From contig JABANN010000051.1 in assembly GCA_013115125.1 (NCBI GenBank), positions 1 to 64,000 of the forward strand: a stretch of DNA of 64,000 bases, in the 5' to 3' direction. The position numbers and the translations under genes are program-made. The DNA is from Perkinsus olseni. Its lineage: Eukaryota. The notes below the pieces were generated by a model. It worked only from the letters and a program-made list of their open reading frames with translations, made no database searches and was not told where the DNA came from. This document shows positions 36,728 through 50,101 of the stretch, piece after piece (position 1 is the first letter of the stretch; each line of letters begins with the position of its first letter).

Positions 36728-37299
36728 TCGGAATGTGGTTATGGAGAACTGTGCCTTGTAAACGCTGAACCCATGGAGACGATTCCTCCGCGGAGTCCGC
36801 GCAATCCCCGACCGATTGAAAAACCTTCAACAGATCGCACGGAAAAGGCCAAGAATGAGGGCGATCTGAGAATATCCTTGGGGTACTACCCCACACGCAT
36901 CTGCCAGGTATTCTGACACAACACAAGAAGACAATGGCTGCCTGTGTAAACTTGCTAGGCTTTGTGTCGAAAGAAATACGGGAGGCCCGATGAGCTGGCT
37001 GGGAGAAAAATCATCAAAAAAATCTTTTAGCGCGGGACAAGGCCCATGAGGAAACATGTGACGAAAATGGTAGTGGGAATCGAACGGCGGTGCTGACCGC
37101 TACTAAACATGACCACATATCTCGCCCGCGCCATCGCTATAGTCGATAGAAAGTACCTTAACCTGAGGAGCAGCAAGAAACGCCGAAAAGGAAAGGGCAG
37201 ACGCCTCACACCACCACCGAGTGAAAAGCTTTGTGAGGAGTGTGAGTAAGTATGATGAATAGAGTACCGTGAGTAAAAGCACAACTACGCCATTTCAAA

Positions 37300-40085
37300 C
37301 GCTATTAGGAGGCTTGAACTCCGTAAAAGAACCAAAAGACTGCTCTGGCGAATCACTGCCCGGCGATGGCGTGGGAGCATGCCCGAGAGGAAATCAGAGG
37401 CTCCGCCGGAGTGGTCGGAACAGCGGGAGTGACCACCCCTTCACCTCACCAAGGGACGATAGGTTGCTGGATAGTAGCATTTGAAGTCATCCAAGATACC
37501 ACCGTGAAGGTACTTGCTCACTCCTAGGTCCTCAATCTGACAATGACTGGGGTTGGGCCGAATAATCTGACCACTTCCTTACCAGTTGATCGTGGTAGGG
37601 AAGGACGTAGAAGCGTACAGCGCCGGGACGACGGGGCATCGGGGGGACGTGGGTGGCGGCCCAAAGACGGTACTTCATTATATCATCACACATATCTGCG
37701 GAGAGCCCAAGTGGAATATCGGAAGCTTTTCCACCTTCTTAACTCCAATAAACGGCAGCAAGGAGAAAACTATCAGCGCGACGGTTGTTCGGACGATGTG
37801 GATAAGCCTACACTCACCTTTCTTGGTGGGATGGATCCGTCCTCGCCAGAAGGCAGCGAGCCACAGGGCCTGTAGCGTAGAGGTACCTGGTAAACCGCAC
37901 CTCGTCCTCAGCTAGGACCTTCACTATGCATGAGCAATGCTCCAACTCAACCGGGAGACGATACGCTTTTCAGCGGGTTGTGCAGGAACTCCACTATTGA
38001 ATTTAATCTTCGCTGCTATATGAGGACGGATAGTTCAAGTGCTACTCACTGATAGCTATATTGGTGGAAGCCCATCCAACAAAGGCCAGGTGCATGAAGT
38101 CTGGATGGACCTGACCCACAACAGGGTGCTCACCCCCACAGTAAGGTGCTTACGATATGACGGTAGAGCCATGGTCCCTCTCCCTTATCACAGACTAACT
38201 TCTCCTTACACTCTGAAGGGAGGATCTCCATCCCAGCCTCGAAGCCGGTACCTTTGCAAGCACATAGTTCAAGGGTCCAACAAGACGCCATATGAAAGTC
38301 GACGACGACCACGCTTGGCCGTCCAGTCGGTACTGTGCCATCGTTCCACCAGAATCCAAGCCGAGCGCGGGGCTCACCAAAAACGACGACGTCACAAGAG
38401 ATCTCCTCCCCGGTGTTCAAGCGAATCCCACTCTTCGTAAAACTCGTGATGGTGGCCTGCCTGGCCTCTAAGAAGAAATTAAATGAGAATTTTGACGACC
38501 CGCTCGAGGACTTATAGAAAGCCTGCATACACCGAGGCCAAGGCCTTACTTATGTCGCCGGAGGCGATTCGGCTGTACGTTCCCTCGGGGACAACCTGCA
38601 GTCACAGAGTAGGGGAGTGAGCAGGGACCAGGAGTAGATCCAATAAGATCACGAGGGCCTACGAATTGATTCCGGAACATGTTCTGCATACAGGGGAGTT
38701 CTGGCCTCATCCCCGCGGCACCTGACAGCGCGACTTCGAGTGAGACCAGCCAAGAGTAGACTGTTACTCAACCCGTGCTGCCAGTCCAGGATGTGCTCCC
38801 AAAGCCACCACCAAAGGGCTGAGAGAAGCCTGTGGAAAATTGACCAGGGCCTAGCCTCGCTGTAGTAGGGAGGTATTACCCACTGGAAAGCTCGACAGAA
38901 CACCGTCTGAGAGTCTACAGGTCGGAACGGATGCTGGTTTGGAGTGGTTACCTGTGCGATGGAGATTCTGCACAGGGCGAGAGGCACTGGCCAAAGCTTC
39001 TCCCGGAATAGGAAGGTCGCTGATCGACGAGTGCAATGTAAGGATGATTTGACTCTTGATGCTTACTGCTCTTCACTTCGTCCTTCAACTCGTTCATCAG
39101 GTCGAATGTTGACTTGCCATAACCAACAAAGACCACATCCTTACCGGTGAAGGCACTGCGGTCGCTACCTGACAACAACAGCGGAAGATGTGGGCATGTT
39201 ATGGTATGAACATGTAACAGGTGATAATGGAGGGTAGGGTGATAATACTCACAGTCCGAGCTGTGGAAGACTTTAACTTTAGTCTGGTCCATACCCGGGA
39301 AGTCGGGGATATGCTTCTTCCTGAAGAGGCCGGTGCCTGCAGAGACGCCGTCCCGAGTGGAGAAGGGTAGCAGGGCAGACGACTTACAGATAACAACTTT
39401 AGCGAAGACTTGTTGCTGTCCATTCTCAGTGGTGATCCTCCACGCTTTCCCTTCAAGATTCTCAAGGCCTTTCACGAGCACATTTCAACGGATGTGCGGA
39501 CCAAGCTTAAAGTGAGTTACCTGAGAGAAGAACGATCAGGGCCGTGGCAAGCTGAGGGACCCTCCTCATTCCACCCTCATCTGACGAAGTGACGTCGTCT
39601 TACGTAATCATCGATGTAATTGCAAAGGTCTTCCTTCTTCATAAAAAGTGGATAGCGATCCCCGACTGGGAACTCACTGAACTCGTAAAACCAGCTGGGT
39701 GATTGGGCCTGACGGGCAGCGTATCCAACTTGCATAAGAATATGCGTGAGAGCGAGCAACTACTATCGACCGACAGAAGACACCTACGAAGAGGAGCGTG
39801 ATATCAGGGATACTCCACGAGAGCCAGGGATACGGTCACGGTTGAAAGGCACCCCCCCAATGGTTACCCCTTGGCCAACATAGCCCGTGGACCAGACCCC
39901 ACCAACTCTACTGCGTGCTTCCAACCTGCATAGAGAAGTGGATGAGAAAGGGCAGATACCGGTCCTTACAAAGTGACATCAAACCCCTCAGCCAGGAGGG
40001 TCCTCAGAGTGACGATACCCGACACCCCACCGCCAATGACACACACCGTCTGACCCGACCCACTGCTGTTGGTGCAGTCACCCAT
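37300..40085 (-). CDS. Flavin-containing monooxygenase, copy 3
   Basis: Same motifs; starts MGDCTNSSGSGQTVCVIGGG. The middle exons (~38350-39030) have diverged from copies 1 and 2. Confidence 0.9.
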
Positions 40086-40329
40086 TCGGAATGTGGTTAT
40101 GGGAAATTTAAGCTTGAGCTTAACTAGAGTGAGTGGTACAAAGGAAATCCGCGTGAGCATCAGTGGGTTCCTATCGCCACACCGGCGTTCGAGAGCTCGT
40201 TCTACAGCGTTACAGAAGGGCTGCCGGATGCAGCTAGGAGTGACTTGGTGTAAGACATAACCGAAGCCCGAGAAGAAATCTGCATTCGTCTTCGCTGCTA
40301 ACTTCGCGAATCGAGCATACCCAACTCGG

Positions 40330-40740
40330 CAATGACAGCAGTGGTAGTTCTACGACCACACTTCTCCACCTTCTCTAGCGATGGCGCTAGCGACGAGACT
40401 GTTGCATCTACACCAGCATACTGCCAACTGGAGCAGCTTGGGGTTATTGATAGCGAGATTGACGAGGCCAGGGCAAGCTCCCCCAGTGGTATCTAGTAGG
40501 ACTCGCCAGATGGGGTTCAATTCCGTTCCCAAGCATCCTATCAGATGCCCCCCGTACGAGACCGTCTGGCCACACTGCTCCGCATGCCAAGCGCTGATGT
40601 CTTCCCTTATTAAGAATCAGCTAAGCACTAAGTGTCACAAACCTGTTCGGCCGGGGCGCCGTCTTCTCTTTCGCGAATACAGTCTGGTAGATCCCACTCT
40701 TGTTACAATTACCCACGTCGAAGAGCCTTCTGGGTCTAGA
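40330..40740 (-). mobile_element. Degenerate retroelement-like fragment A (possible gag knuckle and protease)
   Basis: NCNKSGIYQTVFAK (decayed CCHC-like) followed by RVLLDTTGG (retropepsin-like). Clearly homologous at DNA level to 42570-43100. Confidence 0.35.
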
Positions 40741-42399
40741 TAGACCCTTCAGGTCGCTGCTGCCGACTTCGAGCGACGGAGTCCACAGACATCGGAGTAG
40801 CGAAGCGCTGTAGTGAAGCCCAAGAGGTTCTCTGGAACGAAACATTTCCTGAGCGCCGGCTGAAGGCAAAACAGCTCTCAGGACTCCGTGGGCCTCCATA
40901 AGTCAGCGGTCACTCACTTCCCTTTCCTAACGAGCGCCCAACGAAGATTTCTGCCCCACCGGTAGCACTGGACGTGTAGGGCCTACGGGAATCTCTCAGG
41001 GTCACGGTGTCTGCCGTCCTCTCGGAATACACGAATAATCTCGGAATAACGTCATGACGCCAACTGTCAACCCAACAACACATTCAATGAAATAATGTAT
41101 TCTAAAAATTTGGGAAAAATAAAAGATAACCCCTCTTAAGACGCTGTCCATAGTAGAGAGGCGCAAGGGATCTATACAGAAGATAGAAACCAGTGCCCCC
41201 GAGGGAGGACAGAACTGGAGTGACGAACTGTCACCACTGATTAGGTGCGTTGGTTCGTCGCCGTCAGATAGTCGACTAGTACCGGGCCGTTGAGACCCTA
41301 CCACATAGGGCAGGAGTAGAGTCTTCTCAGCAGACACACTCACGAACACCACCATCGGCAAGCTTGCATTCGCACTGGGAACTGCCACAGCGGTTCTGGC
41401 ATGCCAAGGTTCTGGACCTAGGACATGTTTGCAAGTGACGAAAGCTCGCTGGAGGATGCCGAGCCTGACCCGAGAAGATAGGTAGGACGAGTAAGAAGAT
41501 GGTGGTGGTACGCATGAAGAATTGGGGATCTGTAAACGTATGGACTGCCGAGCACTAACAAAGTGATTTCGTTTCCTTAGCCGGATGAACTCACTACTTG
41601 AGGCACGACAATCCTCGTGGCTAACCCCGCTCACTGATCAACGTTGGAGCTCCCAGCCCCGCTGTGCTTGATGAGTGGCACTCGCATTGAACCACATACC
41701 ATTCATACGTGACACAGACTGTCATTACCGTGCCTGGGAGCTTTGGGCCCGAGTACAGTGGCCAGTTCGTAATAGAATGTCGCGATAGATCTCATCAGGC
41801 ACTTCTTCAAAATCTTTGTAGTAACACCTCGACAAGACTAGCCGCTAGCCACTAGCGTCATCATGAGACGTTTCTCGGGTCCTAACTCGAACTGGTCTTC
41901 ATGCTCGCCGGAGCAGTAGCTATGAGGGTAATCAATTTTTGTTGGAAGGTCCATCGAGAGTGGAAAATTAACTAGATGGGTGAGCAATAGCATGTGGGTC
42001 AAGAGGACCAACCACCGCTAGTTGATCTATCCCAATGACCTTGCTCCAAGCAAAGCCCGGATTTTCACTCTCTCATCACACGAACATTGCGTCGGTAGCC
42101 GCAAACCCATCGGTATCTAGCAAACCCAATTGTATATATAAATCCAACTGGCCAATGATCCATCTGTCAAGGAAAAACCAGGACTATGACGATCTCCATC
42201 GCGAGACTTCGCATTCCACTTGGGATTACCAATACACGTGAACTTTTGAACCAGTTATCCCGCCCGCAACTCAATACTATCATTCAATCTAAGGACTACT
42301 CAATGTCGATACCTCAACGACAGAAGTGCGGGGCACAAGGCACAGATCACCAGCATACGGGCCCAGAATCTGAGCCCCAGATGGCCAACTAACGCCGGC

Positions 42400-43100
42400 T
42401 AGTAAAGAGAACCGAAGGTCTTCCGTCGTCAGAGCTGGAAGACCCACGCCATGTACCGTCGTCAGAGCTGGATCAACTCAAGTTGGTTCACCGAAAGCTT
42501 ACTTGTTCGCCGAAAGCGCCTTGTCGCGTTCGTCGGGCGAGCGCGAAAGGCATTCCACGGCGTAGCTAGGCCTTATTTTAGCCAATCCGAAGGAACGCGC
42601 CTGTATGATCGATGGCCGGGAGTAATCCCTACTTCGAAGGGTAGCTTCCCTAGAGTCTGGTCCAAACGTGGAGGTCCTGTAGACTCCGAACATCCTTCCA
42701 TCTTCTCTTCCGATATCGCTAACGACCACATTTGTACTATACCACAACACCGCGGCGGTGTCACCGTCAATTGTAGCAGCTTGGGGTTGTTGGTGGCATT
42801 GAGGATGCGAGAACATCCAACGAACTCGGCGCCAACCCTAGGGCCAGACCCCCTCTGGTCTCCAGTAGGACTCACCAGGTGGGGCTTAATTCCGTCCTCG
42901 AGCAGCTAGGGTGTCTCCTGACACCCCATCGGATGCCCCATGTACGGAACTGTCGGACCACAGAGCTTAGGATGCAAAGCGCTGATGCCTTTCCCCATTG
43001 AAAAATGAACTCAACTCTAATTGACACAAAACTATTCGGCCGGGGCGGCGCCTTCCCTTTTGCGAATACACTCTGGTAGATCCCACTGTGTTTCACCTAA
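42400..43100 (-). mobile_element. Degenerate retroelement-like fragment B, homologous to fragment A
   Basis: Shared DNA blocks ttcggccggggc...gcgaataca-tctggtagatcccact and gcagcttggggtt; peptides HSGIYQSVFAKGKAPPRPNSFV and NNPKLLQL; frameshifts and stops. Confidence 0.35.
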
Positions 43101-43659
43101 AGGCACGCAGGAGAGGCGTGGCCGTGCTGCCCAGCGATCGCCTACCAGTGGTGTTGTTGTGCCAGTAGGACACACCGCTCGATCGGTCCCGTACCACACT
43201 CCACTCCTCGGAAACAGGCACTACGATTGAGCTACCTTGCCCTCCACCATTGGGCGTCGAGTCATCATCGAGGAACCCCTCAGCCTCATCACCTTCCAGA
43301 TTATCATCATGTTCCTACAATACCGACATGATCGACCTCAGCACCCAGCGAGCCCTCTTCCCACAAAATCCCACCTTGGACTTGGTCTTCCTAGCCAAGA
43401 GCATACCATTGACCATCTGTCTGAGGCCTGTGTAAGCCTTACGACCAGCAGCACTATGGTCGGTATGGTCGTGGTCTGCTGCCTCTGGTGGGCCCGATGA
43501 GTAGGACTCCAACCGTATGCGATGAGCGGGTGCGTTCGATACCGAACCTGATAGGAGGCCATAAAGAAGCCGCCCTAGGCTCATGTATCCACAGCGTCGT
43601 AGAGCGCGTAGAGGCAAGCGTCATAGTGTACGACTGATGATACACGCCAACCACAGTAG

Positions 43660-46112
43660 GTGTTCATTCTATAACTAAGCCGAAGAGCTGATCGCAAGCC
43701 AGAATTCTTACCCCACAACCCCCACGCTCGGCTCCTGGCTCACCTGTCTGCTTTCGAGAAGTGGCAACGGCTGGCTCAGTCCCCTCCGATATCAACAGTG
43801 ACCCGTTGGCTCCAGCACGATACCCCTGCCGCCAAGTCCCCGCCAGCTGTGCATCCCTGGACCCATCTAGCTCCGCACTGCGCATGTCCTCCTGGTCTTG
43901 TAAGTATAACGCTAGGAGGCGATCGTTCTCGATCTGCGTGGCCACGTCGGGGGCCTGCAACAAGTAGGGCCCGTACCGTCAAGCTCTACGACGTCGCTGT
44001 CTCACCATCTCCTGAGGTGGCGGGGGAGGGACCTGAGACGTATCCCCAGAGAGAATATCTATTGCCGAGACTTGCGGTAACGCAGAAGGCCCCTCTAGCT
44101 CCTCGGCTGGCTTCGACGGGTTCTTCAAGGATGAGGATAGCAGAACTGATGAACCTTGAAAGCGACTGACCTATGCCGCGATGACCTTAGAACGACGTAA
44201 ACCCAGTCTGAAAGCCCATAAGAACAGGACAGAGCCTCCCTACTGAGCAATAGTAAGAACGCGAACCGACCATCAGCCTCGTCGGCTCCCTACAGCTAAT
44301 CCGGGACGGTGCCACCGTCATTGTGTTGGCTTACCCTTGGTCGCAGAGCCTGTGGCCTGTATCCGATTGAGCACCTCTTCTAGCATATCAGACAGCGTGA
44401 GGAGGTCACTGAGCTCAGAAGAATCTTCTTTGCCATCCTCGAACGCCCGTTCGATCGTGGCTCGAAGGCGAGATCGCCCCGCGCACGCCTGAAGGGCCGA
44501 ATAATGATAAAAGCGCGGTTGCGCTTGGTCGTGAAGACCTCAGCATAGTCTGCCTCGAACTTCCTCCTTGGTAAATTGGGCATAGAGTATATCTCGTAAA
44601 CGGCATCCCGGAGATTCTCTACCTGAGGAGACTCTTTGTTGAGCGAGCGCAATACAACCCTTGTTCCACGCGCTGCTGGATTGCTCAGATATCGTCGATA
44701 ATCAAACACTCTACCGGTGAACCTGAACCGAGAACCCCCCCCCCCTGAAACTCCAGGAGATGCACCCACAATGGGACTGCTAAGTGACCGAGACGTATAC
44801 GACTCGACAATGGTACAAGTATGGGCCAAGTGCACAACCCCGGAAGCCTACCTCTGAGGGCGATAAAACCATAGCCTTTGTCTCTGCTGTCGTGTGCTTA
44901 GTAGTAGCCAAGTTGGGGTTTAGCGCGGGGGACTCTTCGGCACCTTACACGACAGGCACTACGATACGCATGCCAGGGACGAGCTGGGCACCTTTAATTT
45001 GGAACCTCACTGTCTCATCGCGAGGAGGGAACGGTTCTGAAATAAAGCGGAAATAGAATCGGTCGTCGAATTAGCCAAGCCATCGGGCGCTAGCTACTCT
45101 TGCCGACCTTTCCTTCTCCGTAGCTCCTTGTATGCCTTGAAGAGGCTTTCCAATTGACCCTCTCGTAATATGAAGGCATCGCACCACTCCTGTACTAGAG
45201 ACAGGACCTTGGCCCTGAGCATGATACAGGAGATGACTGAGCCCAGCACTGGATACGGGCACGAGAACAGTAGTGGGACCTCGGACGCGCTGCTTTCGAA
45301 TCAAGGCGTTCTCTGTCCATCATAAGTCGTTGAATGTGAATAGCATGGGGAGCCCTTTCTCACTTAATCAGCTTCCGCTCGGTCCCACTCGGTATCCGGA
45401 CCTTCAACTGCGGCTGATACCACCAGGGCACAGAGGCCAGTCTGTACATATCCTTCATGAACCCCTGACAAGATACTACTACTCGGCACCGCTGGTGTCA
45501 CACTCCAAACCATCTCAATACGAAAAATGCCAATATTCTCGATAACCGATTATGTACCGCCGCACTTGGATCAATATCTCTGCTCATATCCGTATGATCT
45601 ACCATGCCAGACGCGTATAATGTTTTTCCCGTCAGAAAAGTGTCGCTACTGATGCGTACAAAGAGTGCCATACAGGAGCTAGTGAGAGATATGAAAGCGC
45701 GTGCAAGTCGGCTCTTACATCGGTCATATAGCTGCAAACGATGTATCCACAATTCTTGACAAGCATCTCTAAAAGGGTTAAACAAAGTTGGATCTGAGGG
45801 AAATTTGGTATGGTACACCACCACGCGCGCATATAAGAACTTACATTAGGTGAGTCGCCCATCTCAAAACCATTGCGGATCTCCAGCAGGACCTCCGGTA
45901 TCAGCGACGGACACGACTGAGCAGGCTACATCATCAACTGCTACCAAGGCCTTCGAAGTACCGAGAGCATGTCACATATCGCCACATTAGCGTCCCAATT
46001 AATAGAGTCTCCGCCTGAGATCAACGGCCGCCCTCAAGATCAGCGGACAGCGGCCAGTCGTCTCACCTAGCGCTGCTGCTAACAGGGTGTCTAAACGGCT
46101 CGAATGATGCAT
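43660..46112 (-). CDS. VHS-domain endosomal adaptor (TOM1/GGA/Hrs-like) with UIM-like C-terminal motifs
   Basis: INWDANVAICDML, QLCLTLLEMLVKNCG, LFKAYKELRRRK; C-terminal DRLLALYLQ and DAQLA motifs. The 3' end is uncertain. Confidence 0.75.
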
Positions 46113-46270
46113 CGTAATCGATTAAAAACAGTCGGAGGTAAACTCCTATACAATCAACATGAAACTACATGAAGTCGATTCTCTCGCCTACTGTGACACA
46201 CTCTCCAACACAAAGCCAGGGAAGCAGAAAAATATGCTGAACAACAAGGACAATATACTCTTGGGGGTAC

Positions 46271-48690
46271 TCAATCAACAACATTGTACATATAGCCAGC
46301 TAGACGATAGCGTATGAAGAAGGCACAGAGGCTCCATAGACACTGTATCTGAGAACGTTGAGCGAATATCATAGAGTGATAGCTACGTATCCAAGGTCGA
46401 AGCTTGCACAAGACGGAAATATGCAGCCAGTAACGAGAAGGTGCTGTACAACCCGAAAACACATGAATAATGCAATAATCGACGTCAAACGAATCGGTCG
46501 GGCGTGCCCCCCCGCGTCTGGATTGTCGAGGTATGCTGCTCACCGAAAGCAATATCCGATTCAGGCTGTCTTCATGTGTGTCTCCCTTCAACCACAAGAC
46601 CAAGTTTATCAACGTCAAGTTCTGTACTCGGACCTCGCCCTTCTCGTTCGTCTCTACCTTGGCCAGGCGAAGCGATCGTATAACCGCCAACGTCAGCCGA
46701 CCTGCAACGAGCAGCCCAACGGATGGCAACTTATCCGCCATCTCCAAAGGTACCTGCGGGCTTGAGGTCCTTGGTAGGGGCGAACCAGGGAGTGTAGCTG
46801 ACGCTTAGCATGTCCGTCTTAGGATCGTAGTGTGGCAACCGGTGACGAGGACACGGTATGAGCTTGAAAAGCTGAGGCACTGAGTATCTATTGGACGACC
46901 AAACCGTTGCGGCAGGATCCGCCGCCTTCCCATTACAAAAAGTTGAATATTTGTGGCCCGAAAAACAGCAGGGTCTGAGATGACAACGATGTGAGCGGAA
47001 TAAATCACCCCGACCTTCACTGACCGTTTTAGAGCACTGCCCAAGAATTCCACTGGCAGCCAGTGTCATGCCAGCAAGGTAGCAGTAGGTGTCCCCTACG
47101 AAGGCCACAGCCGGGTACATATTGGCGACCATCAGCGGGAAGGAGGCTGAGAAGGCAGGCGATGAAGATATGGGCTGGGTCGTCGGTGTACCTCCAACGA
47201 AAGGGAGTAGCAGGTAGAGGCTCATGAGGTGACTCTCATAGGGTGGCCAGGTGGCTGCCTGCTGGGCATGCCTGTACAGCTGCAGGAGGTCGTTGAGTAT
47301 GAGGGATATTGCCAGTACCATAGATTGCCCAACTTCCAGACCATTGATACCTATCATGTAAGGCGTCACCCAGACAAGGTAGTTCCATCGGAGAGCCCTG
47401 GTACTATGCCAGCCCTAGCAACGACCTCCGAGCGTACCGTTCCTTCGCCACCTCGGAGCACGATACTATCAATTATCATTGCAATGAGTACTCTCATGCC
47501 AACAACCCCCCTCGGCACGGCTAACCAGCCCCCTCCTCCTCCCTCCACACTACCTGCTAGTATGTTGATGGCGTTAGTGCAGAAGACAGACAGCAAAGAC
47601 AGGAATACGTAGTAGAGCACGCCAATATCAATGGCCCCATGGCCTCCCCTAACAAACGCAGACCGTCCCCAGCACAACAGCCGCGTGTACCGTTCCCTAC
47701 GGCAGATATGGCCGCATAAAGTCGGGTAGCAGGACCCAAGTGTTGCCGATTGATGAGTAATAGACCAGCAACAGGGGTAGCGTCGCGACTGAGAACGCGA
47801 TTGAGGTAACCACGGTAATGGCAGGTAGTCACTACCGGTGGGTATGATGAGCTTGATACGCCAAGGCAAGTCCAAGACGTTATCCGCAAAACCGAGGAAG
47901 CACATGGCGTTGATGGAGAGGAGGGAGCCCATGAAGAGGCCTGAAAGAAGGATGGTGATGCCAAGGAACCCACACAAACAGCTCTGTGTCGCCCGAACGG
48001 ACATCTCCCAACGAGAGCCTCAGCCGATCGGCACTGGATTACGTGTCCTCTACTAGTCGTTAGGCGAATTTGCCTAAAGTGGTAAATTCTGTTGAATTAC
48101 TTTACAAAACCAACCTGAACCCGAAGGACTAATCCAGAATCTCTGTCGCACGACACTGGGACGCGGCACGTCCTGAGCTGTGCCACCCAAATCCGGTGCT
48201 AGGTATCCCCTCCCCCATACTACTGGCCTTCCTCTGACTCATTAACTCAGCCTCATCCATCGGTATGCCTTGCGGTGAGGAGCACATCATGTGGAATGGT
48301 AAGAACAGTGAGAGGGCTAGACAGTAGACGGCGCCAACGCAGACACCAGCCGCCTCCGGTATCTATTAAATACGCAGTTCGACTGCACGAGCTTTTTGTA
48401 TCAAGCATGCTCCGACCTCAGGATGCCCTTTCTTGTTGAGGTCTTTCCCACAAATGCCGGCCCTCCGGAGAGAATCCAATGTCGAGGGAAGCGTCCGGTT
48501 GGCTATGATACCTCGTCGAAACAGCGCTGCTACTGTCACGCATCCGAGCGCGGTGAGCCAGAATCAACCTAAGATGCGCGTCCCAGGAGTACAAGCTAAT
48601 GCAGCCAATGCAATCGATGCCATCATCTCGGTGCCACATTGTATGCCAGATGCCGGTACTGCCGCACATAGAACCTGTGAAGTCACAACT
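46271..48690 (-). CDS. DPAGT1: UDP-GlcNAc:dolichyl-phosphate GlcNAc-1-phosphotransferase
   Basis: GKDLNK, IPEAAG, FLGFADNVLDLPWRIKL, FCTNAINILAGINGLEVGQ, FVGDTYCY, PQLFKLIPCPRHRLP, NLTLINL. Start not resolved. Confidence 0.93.
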
Positions 48691-49808
48691 ATCAACTATC
48701 CGGTAGACACTATTGCCCAATTCTTTGCAGCACCGTGAGTCAACGCGTATTGATTAAAGCATTTAACTGCCTTCAAAAGCAAAACTAGATCTCCGACTGT
48801 CGACCAAGGAGATCGAAGTGAACGGTGCTATCTCTTAGGTCAACGACATTACAAGCACTCCTCCGCGGGAGCTGAAAAGGATGGTATTTACTACGGCCAG
48901 CTTTGCGGGATACCGTTGCAAGAGTTCTCGCTGCCAGCGTCTCTTAATAATCCAGTGAAAACAAGCTCTTACTTTTTCTCAAAGGTGCCAAAGATTCAAG
49001 GACCGCCGTAAAGCGCGTAGACGACTAATGCTCACTGGGAGCGTAAGCTGTTGGCTGCATTATAACCCTTAGCTACTACGCCGTAGTAACTACGGTCGTA
49101 CGGCAGATAATTCCATCGAGCTCCGCTTGTTTTTATCATCGCTTTTACGACACGTGTCAAGCCTGGTAATAATACCGTCAATTCCAGCTTCCTCACACCA
49201 GAAGCAGCCAGGAGAGGCGTACCGCTACCAACCGAGAAACGATGGAGTGTGAGCCCTTCCCTTTAGTACTCCGGCAACTGCTATCACCGCTATCTGAGCC
49301 GATCTTCCTAGGGGCGGTGATGAGGACATCAAAGACTCGACTCCAACTTGTTGACGACTAAGGTAACTGTGCTTTTGGACGAGATCACAATAAAACGTCG
49401 CGCGCCACGAAATTCCACGAGCGCTGACGCAGGATTCTATTGACCAATACTAGTTGGCCAACATTACGGTTGAATTGAATGAGCTGAGGCAATCATGTGA
49501 AGTACGAGTCACTAGGCGGACATGTACTGAGCCCGGGGGTTGGGCATGGGCGATTCGTTGGGAAGATGACTGGTCGGTGCGAGGTGGAGCGGGGATGCTC
49601 TCGATTTCCCGATCATCAAACTTGCCGACTGGTGGGTGTGTACCCTTGAGGACCACCGGAACGATTTCAGGAATATCGATTTGGTGGACTATCGTCGGTC
49701 ACTGCTGTGCTGGTCTGGTTCTGAGGACAACAGGCGGAAGAAGAGGTCAGTAGGGAGACGTCATACTGTATGGCAAGATGCTTAGTATCTTTCGAACAGG
49801 GTGATGCC

Positions 49809-50101
49809 GCCCTATTAATATTTACAGTAATATCTATTTATATGTCATCTTGCCAATGCAATATAAGATGCTGCAACTAATTATAGGCACCATTAATAAT
49901 AACCTAGGCTGGCGAACGAATTGCTAGTAACGAACGGAAGCTCAATTATCGAACTCATCGTGAGTTACTCGGCAGTATTAATAATAACCCAGCGTATGAT
50001 ATTAGATATGTTATAGTATTAATTATTGTATGCTGGGTTTATATAAATATAACAATATGGTGCCTTAATAACATATATTATACAATAGTTAATATTAGGG
50101 C
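49809..50101. mobile_element. AT-rich fold-back (MITE-like) element
   Basis: Nested inverted pairs gcccta/tagggc, aggcaccat/atggtgcct and aacccagcgtatgata/tattgtatgctgggtt. Sharply AT-rich relative to the flanks. Confidence 0.55.

Noticed and set aside
41002-41634. 210-aa minus-strand ORF
   Set aside because: No recognisable motif, non-ATG start, and it lies in a decayed repeat region; probably spurious.
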